A DNA stretch of 56,258 nucleotides from Acidimicrobiia bacterium (GTDB lineage: Bacteria > Actinomycetota > Acidimicrobiia > Spongiisociales > UBA11373). The stretch's first letter is position 1, and each line of letters opens with the position of its first letter. Positions 39,571 through 50,873 of this stretch are shown here, piece after piece. Below the pieces are notes generated by a model, which worked only from the letters and a program-made list of their open reading frames with translations, was not told where the DNA came from and ran no database searches. Made by a program: the position numbers and the translations under genes. Location: contig JBBDMM010000012.1 in assembly GCA_040878325.1 (NCBI GenBank), positions 186,001 to 242,258 on the forward strand. The letters are read 5' to 3'.

Positions 39571-40262
39571 TGGAGTTCGGGCTCTTGGCCGCGGTAGCGG
39601 TTGCATTCGGGTCGGCCTGGGCAGTCCTCCGGCTCACCGTGGCGAGGGAGGAACGGCGGCCCGCGTTCGACCGCCTGATCTCCGCGGCGGTGGTCGGTCT
39701 GGTCGCCGGACGGATCGCGGCGATGGCGCTCGCGGGCACCAATCCGATCACCCGCCCCCTCGACGTCCTCATCGTGCGCGGAGGGGTCGACACCGGTTTC
39801 GCCGCGTCGGCGGCGTTGGCCTGGCTCGCCTTTGGCGGGCGAGGCGACCTGTGGAGGAGCCTCGACGCGGTGGCGCCGGCAGCCCTCGCCGGGCTCGCCG
39901 GGTGGCACCTCGGATGCCTCTTCTCAGGCACCTGCCTCGGGACCACCACCTCCCTGCCCTGGGGAATCACGGCAACGGGCGGGATGGTGACGCGGCACCC
40001 GACCGAGATGTACGCCGCCCTCGCCTTCGTCGCTGCCGCCGCGCTGGTCGCCGCGGCGCGCCGGCAAGTGACAATTCCGGGAATCCTGGCGGCGGCCACG
40101 CTTGCGGCCGCAGCTCTCATCCGGCTGGCGACCGAGCCAATGCGGCTCGGGATCGGGACGGGGCCAGAGTGGTGGTACGCGTCCGGGATCGCCGTCGGGG
40201 TAGGCATCGTTCTGTATCGGGTGGTGCGCGCCCGCCGGCTGCGACGCCCGGCCCCCTCCTGA
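39570..40262 (+). CDS. Lgt-like (prolipoprotein diacylglyceryl transferase family) membrane protein
   Basis: LGCLFSGTCLG...LPWG...HPTEMY, RLATEPMR; lacks a canonical HGG motif. Confidence 0.65.
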   Translation: MEFGLLAAVAVAFGSAWAVLRLTVAREERRPAFDRLISAAVVGLVAGRIAAMALAGTNPITRPLDVLIVRGGVDTGFAASAALAWLAFGGRGDLWRSLDAVAPAALAGLAGWHLGCLFSGTCLGTTTSLPWGITATGGMVTRHPTEMYAALAFVAAAALVAAARRQVTIPGILAAATLAAAALIRLATEPMRLGIGTGPEWWYASGIAVGVGIVLYRVVRARRLRRPAPS

Positions 40263-40306
40263 GCCCGCCCGCCACCGGGGCGGTACCGCCTTCGTACACT
40301 CGCCAT

Positions 40307-40954
40307 ATGCCCGACCAACACATCGTCGACCTCCGCGGAGTTGGTGTCCGCCGCTCCGGCGCGTTGATCTTGCGTGAAGTGAACCTTCAGGTCGCTTCCG
40401 GTGAAGTCATCGGGTTGTTCGGGGCGAACGGGTCGGGTAAATCCACACTGTTGCGGGTGCTGGCGACGCTCGAGCGACCGAGCGCGGGCGGTGGCACGGT
40501 GCTCGGCGCCGCCCTCGGCACGGACGCGGAGGAGGCGGTACGCCCCCGCGTCGCCCTCGTCGCCCATGAACCGGCTCTTCTTGCCAACCTCTCCCTGGAG
40601 GAGAACCTCCGTCTCTTTGCGGCCCTCGGCGGCCGCGCCTCGGGCCGGGTGATGCCCGCGCTCGCCGAGGTGGGACTAGCCGGGGCGGCAGGGCGACGCG
40701 CCGCGATTTGCTCCAACGGCATGAGGCGCCGCGCCGAGTTCGCCCGGGTGGCGCTCGCCGAGCCAGATCTGCTCCTGCTCGACGAGGCCCATGTGGGGCT
40801 CGACGTGGCCGCCGGGGCACTGATGGAGCGAATCGTCGACGCTGTCACCAATCGCGGTGGGGCTGTGATCCTGGTGTCGCACGAGCGGGAGCGCGTCGAG
40901 CGGCTGATCGACCGGTCGGCGACCTTGATCGACGGCCGGCTGGAGGTCGCGTGA
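40307..40954 (+). CDS. ccmA: Heme export ABC ATPase
   Basis: GANGSGKST, CSNGMRRR, LLLDE; heads the ccm operon; TACACT 6 nt before ATG. Confidence 0.85.
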   Translation: MPDQHIVDLRGVGVRRSGALILREVNLQVASGEVIGLFGANGSGKSTLLRVLATLERPSAGGGTVLGAALGTDAEEAVRPRVALVAHEPALLANLSLEENLRLFAALGGRASGRVMPALAEVGLAGAAGRRAAICSNGMRRRAEFARVALAEPDLLLLDEAHVGLDVAAGALMERIVDAVTNRGGAVILVSHERERVERLIDRSATLIDGRLEVA

Positions 40955-41613
40955 TGAGCATCTTGCGGCAGATTGCGATCCTCTTCCGTTTTCAACTGCG
41001 CGACGAGATGCGCACCGGCGAAGTGATGGCGGTGATCGTCCCGTTCGGGGCGATCGCCCTGCTGGTGATCCCGATGGCGGTCGGCATCGAGACCACGCTG
41101 CTCAGCCGTATCGGCCCGGGCTTGTTCTGGGCAGTGGTGCTGTTGTTCGGCATCGTCGTGACCCAGCGCCGCACCGCGGCGGCGAGCCCGGCTCATGGCG
41201 ATGCCCTGTCGCTGCTGGGCGTAGACCCGGCGGCTCGGTTCGCCGCCACCGCGCTTGCCAGCGCCATCCTGCTGCTGGGCTTCCAGATCGTCACCGGGCT
41301 GGTGATGATCGTCCTGTACGACCCCGTCATCGTGGGCTGGGGTTGGCTGGCGATGGTCCTGCCGTTGGTGGCGCTCGGCCTGGGAATGCTGGGTACCGTC
41401 GCCGGATCGGTGGCGGAGGGCCGCGGCCCCCTTGCTCCGCTGTTGGTGGCGCCTCTAGCGATCCCGATTCTTCTCGGCGCCGCCCAGGCCTCGGAAGGCT
41501 TGCGGCTTGGGGTCGGTATCCTCCGCTGGATCATCGTGTTGGCACTGGTCGACGTCGTGCTCGCGCTGGTCGGTGTGCTGACCGCCCGCCCCCTGGAAGG
41601 GACTCCGAGTTGA
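40954..41613 (+). CDS. ccmB: Heme exporter membrane subunit
   Basis: Multi-TM, PLLVAPLAIPIL; between ccmA and ccmC. Confidence 0.8.
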   Translation: MSILRQIAILFRFQLRDEMRTGEVMAVIVPFGAIALLVIPMAVGIETTLLSRIGPGLFWAVVLLFGIVVTQRRTAAASPAHGDALSLLGVDPAARFAATALASAILLLGFQIVTGLVMIVLYDPVIVGWGWLAMVLPLVALGLGMLGTVAGSVAEGRGPLAPLLVAPLAIPILLGAAQASEGLRLGVGILRWIIVLALVDVVLALVGVLTARPLEGTPS

Positions 41614-42317
41614 GGCCGATCGAAATCGCAGCAGCCGGAACGATGCTCACCGCGCTGGTTGCCGGTCTCGTGGTGCCTCCGGACGCCGTTCAGGGCGACC
41701 TGCAGCGGATCATGTACGTCCACGTGCCCTCTGCCTGGCTGGCGTACCTCGCCTTTGCCGTGACCCTGGTCGCCAGCGTTGCCCACCTGGTCACCAAGCG
41801 GCTCGAATGGGATCGGCGCGCCGGGGCCTCGGCGGAGGTCGGCGTGGTGTTCACCGGTCTCGCCCTCGCCACCGGGATGATCTGGGGCAAGCCGGTCTGG
41901 GGCGTGTGGTGGACCTGGGACGCCCGACTCGTGCTGACCGCGGCGATGTTCTTCGTCTACCTCGCGTACCTCGGCCTCCGGCGGAGTGTGGACGACCCGG
42001 TGATCCGCGGTCGGAGAACGGCGGTGTTCGGCGTCGTCGCTGCCCTGCAGATCCCGCTCGTGCACTTCTCGGTGATCTGGTGGCGCAGCCTTCACCAGCC
42101 ACCCACGGTGCTGCGACCGGGAGAGCCCCAGATCGATCCGCCGCTCCTCTTCGCTTTGCTGATGGCGGTGGTGGCGTTCACGGTGCTGTACGTGGCGCTG
42201 ACACGGCGCCGGGTGGAGCTCGCCGCCGCCGAGGACCGACTGCTCACGACCGGAGGCTTCGACGAGTCCGTCGCCGGGGCGGCGGTTTCGGCTCCGATGA
42301 CCGGGGAACAGCGATGA
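41610..42317 (+). CDS. ccmC: Heme exporter protein C
   Basis: HVPSAW, WGKPVWGVWWTWDARL, WWRSLHQ. Confidence 0.92.
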   Translation: MRPIEIAAAGTMLTALVAGLVVPPDAVQGDLQRIMYVHVPSAWLAYLAFAVTLVASVAHLVTKRLEWDRRAGASAEVGVVFTGLALATGMIWGKPVWGVWWTWDARLVLTAAMFFVYLAYLGLRRSVDDPVIRGRRTAVFGVVAALQIPLVHFSVIWWRSLHQPPTVLRPGEPQIDPPLLFALLMAVVAFTVLYVALTRRRVELAAAEDRLLTTGGFDESVAGAAVSAPMTGEQR

Positions 42318-42433
42318 GCGACTGGGGCTGGGTGGCCTTCGCGTACTCGGTCGTGTACTCCACGCTGGCGCTGTACCTCGCTTCGATCGTGGTCCGGGCC
42401 CGGCGTGTGCGCCGCTACCTGGACGAGCGATGA
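42314..42433 (+). CDS. ccmD: Heme exporter protein D
   Basis: 39 aa, one TM then a basic tail; ATGA overlaps on both sides. Confidence 0.75.
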   Translation: MSDWGWVAFAYSVVYSTLALYLASIVVRARRVRRYLDER

Positions 42434-42845
42434 GGCGGTATCGCTGGTTCATCGTGGCGGGATTGGGGCTGGTGGCGGTGCTGACGGGATTCCTCGTCGC
42501 CAACATCGGCGCCGACCTCGTGTACTACCGGACGACTTCGGAAGTCGTCGACGAGACCGACCCGGTGGGAAAAGGTCGCTTTCGCCTCGGCGGCCAGGTG
42601 GTGCCGGGCTCGATCGCAGCCGACGCCACCGGCGTCCAATTCGAGGTCACCGACGGGGTGGTGACCCTGGAGGTGGATCATCGTGGGGCTCCGCAGCAAC
42701 TGTTCCGTGAAGGCATCGGGGTGGTGGTCGAGGGGACGTGGGACGGATCCACGTTTCACTCCGACTCCATGATCATCAAGCACGACGAGCAATACCGCAC
42801 CGAGGACGGAGGCGTGTACACCCCCGACTCGAGATTCCCCAGCCC

Positions 42846-42849
<4 letters not shown>
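42430..42849 (+). CDS. ccmE: Heme chaperone (HxxxY type)
   Basis: RLGGQVVPGS, LFREGIGVVVEG, KHDEQY. Confidence 0.92.
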
Positions 42850-44802
<1,953 letters not shown>

Positions 44803-44810
<8 letters not shown>

Positions 44811-45255
44811 GCGGGCTCGCACCTGGATCGCTCTCGCCGTCATCGGCGCCTCGCTGGCCACCATCGGCGCGGTGCTGGCCACCGACGAGCCGTCGCCTCG
44901 AGATCGCGCCCATGCACTCGCGGCTCGCCTCAAGTGCCCGGTGTGCGATTCAGAGACCATCGCCGACTCCCCCACCGATCTCGCCCGGGACCTCCAGGAC
45001 CTGATCGCCGAGCAGGTCGCCGACGGCTGGACGGATCAGGAGGTGATCGACTTCTTCGTCGCCACCTACGGTGAGCAGGTACTGCTCGACCCGCCCACAG
45101 GAGGACGCACCGCCCTCCTGTGGATCGCCCCGCTGGTGGTGGCGGCCGCCGGTGTCCTGGTGATCATCGGACGCCGCGCCAAGCGATCGACCCGTGAGCT
45201 CACCGAGGAAGAGCGCCGCGCGGTCGAGGCGGCCGTTCGCGGAGCCGAGAGATGA
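44803..45255 (+). CDS. ccmH: Cytochrome c biogenesis protein CcmH (CcmL)
   Basis: LKCPVC...IADS...YGEQVLLDPP. Confidence 0.9.
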
Positions 45256-45980
45256 CCGGGCCCGAGGTACGGCTACTCGAGGAGCGCCGCGACAGGATCG
45301 TCGCCGATCTGCGGGCGATAGACGGCCAGATCGCCCTCGAGGAACTCGACCGTGCCACCGGGGAGGAGCTCCGCCGCCGATCCGAGGTGGCGCTCGCCGA
45401 CACCCTCGCCGCACTCGAGATGGCGCGGGCCGAGCGCCCCCGGGGACGCTCGCCGCAGCGGATCGCCATCGGCCTCGCCGCATTCACGGTTGCTGCCACC
45501 GCTGCGGTGATCGGGCTGGCGGGGGCAGTGAACTCCAGCCCGACAACGACGGCCGGCGGCATCGACCTTGCCAACGTCACCAACGAGGAGTTGGAGGAGG
45601 TCGTCGCCGCCAACCCGGACGTGGTTCCGATGCGCCTGGCGCTGGCCCGCCGATATGTCGAGGCGGGCGAGTTCTCGGCGGCCCTCCCCCACTACCTGTA
45701 CATCCTCGAGAGAGAACCTGAGCCCGAGGCGTTGATGTACCTGGGGTGGATGACCTACCTGTCGGGTGACCCCGTCACCGGGGAGTCACTTCTCGAGCAC
45801 AGCCTGGAGCTGCGGCCGGGCAATGTCCTCGCCCAGTGGTTCCTCGCCAACGTCCGCTACTTCGGCCTCGGCGACACTGCCGGCGCGATTCCGCTGCTCG
45901 AAGCCGTGATCGCCTCCCCCGACACGCCGGACGACATCATCGCCGATGCTGAGCAAATGATCGAGGAGGCCGAGTCGTGA
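45252..45980 (+). CDS. CcmI/CycH-like TPR protein
   Basis: One TM plus TPR-like helices; position after ccmH. Confidence 0.7.
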   Translation: MTGPEVRLLEERRDRIVADLRAIDGQIALEELDRATGEELRRRSEVALADTLAALEMARAERPRGRSPQRIAIGLAAFTVAATAAVIGLAGAVNSSPTTTAGGIDLANVTNEELEEVVAANPDVVPMRLALARRYVEAGEFSAALPHYLYILEREPEPEALMYLGWMTYLSGDPVTGESLLEHSLELRPGNVLAQWFLANVRYFGLGDTAGAIPLLEAVIASPDTPDDIIADAEQMIEEAES

Positions 45981-46558
45981 GCCCCCGATTTCGCTGGATC
46001 GCCTTCACGGTGCTTGGCCTCGTCGTCGTGGCCCTGATGCTGATCTTTCTGCCCCGATTCGGATCGGATCCGCTGCTTTCGGACTCACCCCTGATCGGCA
46101 AGCCGGTGCCCGATGTGACCATCACCAACATCGACGACGACGCTCCGATCGCACTCCGCTCGCTGGAGGGGAAGATCGTGGTGGTCAACTTCTGGGCCCC
46201 ATGGTGCGTGCCGTGCCGTGCGGAGCATGCGGTCCTGATCGCCGCGGCGGAGGCATTCGCTTCGGCCGATGTCCAGGTGCTGGGCGTCGTCTACCAGTCC
46301 GATGTCGGGGATGTGAATCGCTTTCTCGACGAGTTGGGACGGGGATACCCCGCGGCCATGGACCCCGGCTCGCGCGCCGCGATCTCGTTCGGCGTCCGCG
46401 GCGTCCCTGAGACGTTCTTCGTCGACCCCAGCGGCATCGTGGTGGCCAAGGTCACCGGGCCGGTAGATGGGCCCCTCCTCACCTCGACCCTCGAGGCGAT
46501 CCTGCTCGGCGAATCGGTCGACAGCCAGGAGACCGGCGAAGTACAGCCGGCTCCGTAG
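45977..46558 (+). CDS. ccmG: CcmG/DsbE-like thiol-disulfide oxidoreductase
   Basis: N-terminal TM, SPLIGKP, NFWAPWCVPCRAEH, GVRGVPET. Confidence 0.85.
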   Translation: MSPRFRWIAFTVLGLVVVALMLIFLPRFGSDPLLSDSPLIGKPVPDVTITNIDDDAPIALRSLEGKIVVVNFWAPWCVPCRAEHAVLIAAAEAFASADVQVLGVVYQSDVGDVNRFLDELGRGYPAAMDPGSRAAISFGVRGVPETFFVDPSGIVVAKVTGPVDGPLLTSTLEAILLGESVDSQETGEVQPAP

Positions 46559-46568
46559 CGGGCGGCCC

Positions 46569-47285
46569 TCAGGCGCGTTCGAGCAATCGACGGGTCCGCC
46601 GGAGCGCCGCCGGCAACTTGCCCTGCGAACGGACCAAGAACCGAATCATTTCGTCGGCCCGGGCCCGGCCGAGTCCGGCGCCGTCGACCGCCTCTGCGAT
46701 GGTTCGCCTCGAGAGGTCGCGGAGTCGGTCGACCCAACCGCCGAGGCGTTCGAAGAAGCGCTCCCGGTCGGCCACGGGATGGATTGCCTCGCAGGTCGCA
46801 TCGTTGTGCCTTCGCACTTCCAACGTCGTGGGATCGGCTTCCCACCGGATCACCCTCCAAGAGGGCACGTAGCCGTTGTCCGGCCCGGATTGGAGAAACT
46901 GCCGCAGCCCTGCATATTCGAAGGCCGACCCGTGGTCGAAGAACAACGGCACCCCTTCGATGTAGGCACGGTTGAATCCATGGGTGTCACGACGCCGAAT
47001 CCACAGCGAGAACGCCAGTTCGGAGGCCACCGCCTCGTCGAGGTCCTGCACCGGCAGATCTTCCAGGGTGTAATTCTCGGCGAGGCGCACCAGCCCCATC
47101 CGCGGGCCCGGAGACTTCGGGGCGAGCCGCACCTCGGCAACGTTCACCATGCCGGCCCCCAACAGGTAGCCCAGCAGCTCCCTACGACCATCGGGCTTGA
47201 CCACCCACCGTTCGCCGTTCACGTCGACGGTGTCCGGGACGTGACCCGACCAATTCAACAATTCCTCGTCACTGACCCGGCTCAT
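46569..47285 (-). CDS. Putative HipA/PI3-4-kinase-like protein
   Basis: WVVKP..RELLGY, RDTHGFN, FFDHGSAF; start uncertain (47285 or 47303). Confidence 0.6.
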   Translation of the reverse strand: MSRVSDEELLNWSGHVPDTVDVNGERWVVKPDGRRELLGYLLGAGMVNVAEVRLAPKSPGPRMGLVRLAENYTLEDLPVQDLDEAVASELAFSLWIRRRDTHGFNRAYIEGVPLFFDHGSAFEYAGLRQFLQSGPDNGYVPSWRVIRWEADPTTLEVRRHNDATCEAIHPVADRERFFERLGGWVDRLRDLSRRTIAEAVDGAGLGRARADEMIRFLVRSQGKLPAALRRTRRLLERA

Positions 47286-47401
47286 CGCGCCCCCGATGTG
47301 CATGCAGACGGCCTGGGCGCCGCAGCCCGCGACCGCCCGGCGGGACAACCTAGTCGGCGGCGGGCGCGATCGTTGACGGAGGCCTAAGTGGCCGCGAGCC
47401 C

Positions 47402-47956
47402 CTAACCGGCCGGTGGCCGGTCCGTCAGGCCAGCGAGGAACGCCTTCGTCTGCCCGGCCGTACGCAACCGGACCACCTGCAGATGATCCCAAGTGCCGTC
47501 GACGAGCCGTCCCTCATACTTCTCCCTGGTCCCCTCGAACCGGGTCCACGCCCACACGATGATGTTCTTGTAGGGATCGCGGCTGTAGAGGTTAGTCCAC
47601 GGCTCGCGGTTGCCGTTCCACAGCTCCTCGCGCGTGGCCACCCGGCGCAGGGTTCGGCCGACCACCCGGCGCATGACCACCGGGCGGGAGGGGTCGAGCC
47701 AGACCACCGCGTCGGCCCGGGGCCACACGATGTCGGCCACGCCGTGACTGGTGTAGTTACCGTCGACCACCCACCGGTCACCGGCTACCAGCCGTGCGAC
47801 CTCCTCACGGAATTCAGGGTCGGGCTTCTGCTGCCAGCCAGGCAGATGGAACAGTGAGTCCAGTTCCACGTAGGTCAGGCCGAGCGCGTCCGCGACGGCG
47901 CGCGCCACCGTCGTCTTCCCCGACCCGCTCGAACCGATCACCGAAATGCGCTCCAC
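47402..47956 (-). CDS. Adenylate-kinase-like P-loop protein (FlaR/topology-modulation type)
   Basis: GSSGSGKTT, ELDSLFH, WVVDGNY, ELWNGNRE. Confidence 0.85.
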   Translation of the reverse strand: MERISVIGSSGSGKTTVARAVADALGLTYVELDSLFHLPGWQQKPDPEFREEVARLVAGDRWVVDGNYTSHGVADIVWPRADAVVWLDPSRPVVMRRVVGRTLRRVATREELWNGNREPWTNLYSRDPYKNIIVWAWTRFEGTREKYEGRLVDGTWDHLQVVRLRTAGQTKAFLAGLTDRPPAG

Positions 47957-48001
47957 TGGCCACCATCGAGAGGGGGCGGAAGGGTAATGCCCGCCCCGGG
48001 C

Positions 48002-49153
48002 TCAGTCCCGGCTGGGTAATCGGCCGGCTCTTTCAAGGACATGGTCGGGTAGTCGGGTCTTGCCTTCATGGACCATCGTGTGGTGGTGAGCACACAGCAG
48101 GCAGAGGTTCTCCGTCTTGGTGTCGCCACCGTGGAGCCAATGGACCACATGATGAGCGTCGCAATAGCGTGGCCGGGACTGGCATCCAGGGATCACACAA
48201 CCCTGGTCCCGGGCGTTGAGAGCGACACGGATCCACGGGGGGATCACCCGGGTGGTCCGCCCCACATCCAACGGCATCCCGTCGGGATCGACCACCAGGC
48301 GGGTGATCGCCGCGTCGCAGGCGATCCGACGCAGCGTCTCGGGACTGATCACCCCACAATCCTCGAGATGGCCTCCCCCGCTGAGACCCTGAAGCGCCGC
48401 CAACGGAGCCACCACCGTCACCTGGGGACGGAAACCACCTGAGATCGGAGAATCGCCGTCGGCGAGATGATCCGCACACAACTGAGTCAACGCATCGGCG
48501 CGGCGCTGACCCGGAGACCTGGTGTCAGTGGGGTCGAGCTGTTGGGGATCGGCGATCGACCGCAACGCAGTGAGCACCGTCTCGCCCGCCACCGGATCCA
48601 ACTGACCATCCACCCGCACCAACCCATCCAACATCGGCGACACATTCAGAAACCGCCGCTGCCGCAAATGCTCCGCATCGGCTTCGGCGGCGTCGAGATC
48701 AGCGTTCTGACGCCACAGATCCACTCCCTCCCGGAACTCCGCCATCGACAAACCCGAAAACGAATCCACCAGGACCTGCTCCGCCTCGGCGAAGAGCACC
48801 GGGTTGGCTTCCCGGGCCGCAGCCAACAACCGCACCCGCGGCTCATCCAACTCACCACGACCAAACGCCCCCCGCACCACCGGCATCTCCGCCAAAGACC
48901 GCGCCAAAGAAATCCACCGCTGCGCCATCCCCACCGAAACCCCCAACCGATCCACCAACAGATTCAACGGCGCCAAATACCCCGCCTCGGCATACGCCCC
49001 GGAGGCCACCAGCTCACCAATCCAGGCAAGCCGCTCAGCCTCCGCCCGGACCACCCGCCCATGAGCCCCCACCAGCCCACCGACAGGAGCACCCCACAGC
49101 GAGAAACCTTCACCTTCGAAATCGGCAAGCGGCCGATCCGCAGTCGTCGTCAT
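48002..49153 (-). CDS. DUF222 + HNH endonuclease (13E12/REP13E12-like)
   Basis: QRRADAL, RRIACDA, RDQGCVIPGC, AHHVVHWLHGGDT..NLCLLCAHHH. Confidence 0.9.
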   Translation of the reverse strand: MTTTADRPLADFEGEGFSLWGAPVGGLVGAHGRVVRAEAERLAWIGELVASGAYAEAGYLAPLNLLVDRLGVSVGMAQRWISLARSLAEMPVVRGAFGRGELDEPRVRLLAAAREANPVLFAEAEQVLVDSFSGLSMAEFREGVDLWRQNADLDAAEADAEHLRQRRFLNVSPMLDGLVRVDGQLDPVAGETVLTALRSIADPQQLDPTDTRSPGQRRADALTQLCADHLADGDSPISGGFRPQVTVVAPLAALQGLSGGGHLEDCGVISPETLRRIACDAAITRLVVDPDGMPLDVGRTTRVIPPWIRVALNARDQGCVIPGCQSRPRYCDAHHVVHWLHGGDTKTENLCLLCAHHHTMVHEGKTRLPDHVLERAGRLPSRD

Positions 49154-49159
49154 TCAGAC

Positions 49160-49181
49160 AAGGTACGACCCATGTGTGACA
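49160..49181 (-). promoter_or_regulatory. RecA-NDp/PafBC-type leaderless promoter of the DUF222-HNH gene
   Basis: Minus strand TGTCA-cac-N8-TACCTT-N6-ATG. Confidence 0.7.
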
Positions 49182-49256
49182 CAAAACGATGAATGGGAAC
49201 GCCACCGCCGCCGTCCGAAGGTCTTCTAGCCACTCCGACCTCCTAGCCTCGAAGTG

Positions 49257-49942
49257 GTGCGGTACTACCTGGGCACCAAGGACGATCTGAAGCTCGGCGA
49301 CCTCGTCGAGCCTGATCTTTCCCCAGAAATCGGCCACGTCTATGTGACCAGCACCTTGGATGGCGCATCCTGGCAAGGTGAGCTGGCACCCGGCGACGGT
49401 CCCGGCAGGATCTACGAGGTAGAGCCGACCGGGCGCCTCGACGAAGCCGCCGATGCGGCCGCACCTCAGTATCCGGTTGCGACGAAGTGGTTCCGCACTC
49501 AGGACCCGCTGCGGGTCACTGGCGAATGCACAAACTCGAAGGGGCGGCCACGGCGGTTGTACCACGGTACGAAGGCTGACCTGAAGGTCGGCGACCTGAT
49601 CGAACCCGGCTACGCCCCCAACTTTGGCGAAAAGGATCGGGTGACGAAATACGTCTATCTGACCGGCACCGTGGATGCGTCCATCTGGGGAGCGGAACTG
49701 GCCCTCGCCGACGGACCCGGAAGGGTCTACGTGGTGGAACCGACCGGCCCGATCATGGACGACCCCAATCTCACGGACCAGAAGTTCCGGGGCAATCCGA
49801 CGAAGTCCTACCGCTCCCAGGAATCGCTGCGCGTCATCGGCGAGCACACCGATTGGGACGGGAATTGCCCGATGCGGTGAAAGCCATGAAGGACGGCCTC
49901 GAGCGGCTTTCACAAATGGGCGTCGAGCCAATCGACGACTGA
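49257..49942 (+). CDS. arr: Rifampin ADP-ribosyltransferase family protein with two tandem Arr domains; 1-nt frameshift near 49869 (ORF as written stops at 49880, shifted tail at 49942)
   Basis: Domain 2: LYHGTKADL, WGAELA, VEPTGPIMDDPNLTDQKFRGNPTKSYRS; domain 1 is a degenerate copy; TAGCCT 7 nt before GTG 49257. Confidence 0.85.
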
Positions 49943-49975
49943 ACCACAACCCCACGTGTGTCGTACGATTGTCCG

Positions 49976-50818
49976 ATGCCTAGGCAGATGCTGGCAGCGG
50001 TCGGAATCCTGATCGTCGCGGCGGCCTGTTCCGGGAGCGGCACCGAGCCGTCCACGACCGCCGCCTCCTCAACGGCGCCGACTGTTACGACGTCGTCGAC
50101 TACCGCTCCGGTGAACCCACCGCTCCTCGGTTCGGTGAACGAGCCATTTAACCCACAGATCCGAGTCGTCGAGGACGCTGTCCTCCGCGTCGACGGGTCT
50201 TGCGTGACCGCCGAAACGGGCGACACGGCGATTCTTCTGGTCTTCGATCTCCCGGTCGAGCCGCCGCCAGGGGGAGGGCGGTACGTGTGGGTGCAAGGCG
50301 TCGAGGTCCACTTCGGAGACGTCGTTCCACCTACCCCGACTCAGGTCTTGTCATCTGGCGCCCGCTACCAATTCCGAGGCATCCCCTTCGATGCAGTCGA
50401 TGGAGAGCTGGCCGAGCCGATGCCCCCGAGCTGCGTCTACGACGAGCAGCTGATTCTTCTCGGTGCCCTTGATGCGCCGGTTGGGCACGGGCTGACTACT
50501 CGCCCGGTCGAGGTGTTGGAAGGAATTCCAGCGATAGGTATCAACTCGACCACGATCACCATCGCCGGGGCTTGTACCACCGTCGGTTCCGGAGAGCATC
50601 AGCTGCTCGTCGTCTGGCCGGCGGGAACCGTCTCGCTTCTGGACGACCACACCATCCACATGAGCCGCTGGGAGGCACTCACCGAGGTGGTAGTCAGATC
50701 AGGCGACACCGTCAGCATCTCTGGTGGTTCCAGCGACGGCACTCCTGACGACCCACCCCCTGACTGCGAGTACGACGGAACATTCTCCGCCCAGGTCATT
50801 CGGCCCGTATCCGAGTAG
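49976..50818 (+). CDS. Uncharacterised lipoprotein, copy 1
   Basis: Lipobox VAAAC, Thr/Ser linker, two Cys-pair domains; TACGAT 6 nt before ATG. Confidence 0.8.
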   Translation: MPRQMLAAVGILIVAAACSGSGTEPSTTAASSTAPTVTTSSTTAPVNPPLLGSVNEPFNPQIRVVEDAVLRVDGSCVTAETGDTAILLVFDLPVEPPPGGGRYVWVQGVEVHFGDVVPPTPTQVLSSGARYQFRGIPFDAVDGELAEPMPPSCVYDEQLILLGALDAPVGHGLTTRPVEVLEGIPAIGINSTTITIAGACTTVGSGEHQLLVVWPAGTVSLLDDHTIHMSRWEALTEVVVRSGDTVSISGGSSDGTPDDPPPDCEYDGTFSAQVIRPVSE

Positions 50819-50843
50819 GAGGTTCTCGGAGTGCGACCGAGTC

Positions 50844-50873
50844 CTACCCCACCTCTACCAGCGCGTCGATGCG
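50844..50873 (-). pseudogene. Duplicated last 10 codons of the UGA-split redoxin
   Basis: Reads RIDALVEVG* versus native RIDALVAVG* at 52215-52244. Confidence 0.75.

Noticed and set aside
49185..49256. Rifamycin-associated element upstream of arr
   Set aside because: No matching inverted repeat seen.
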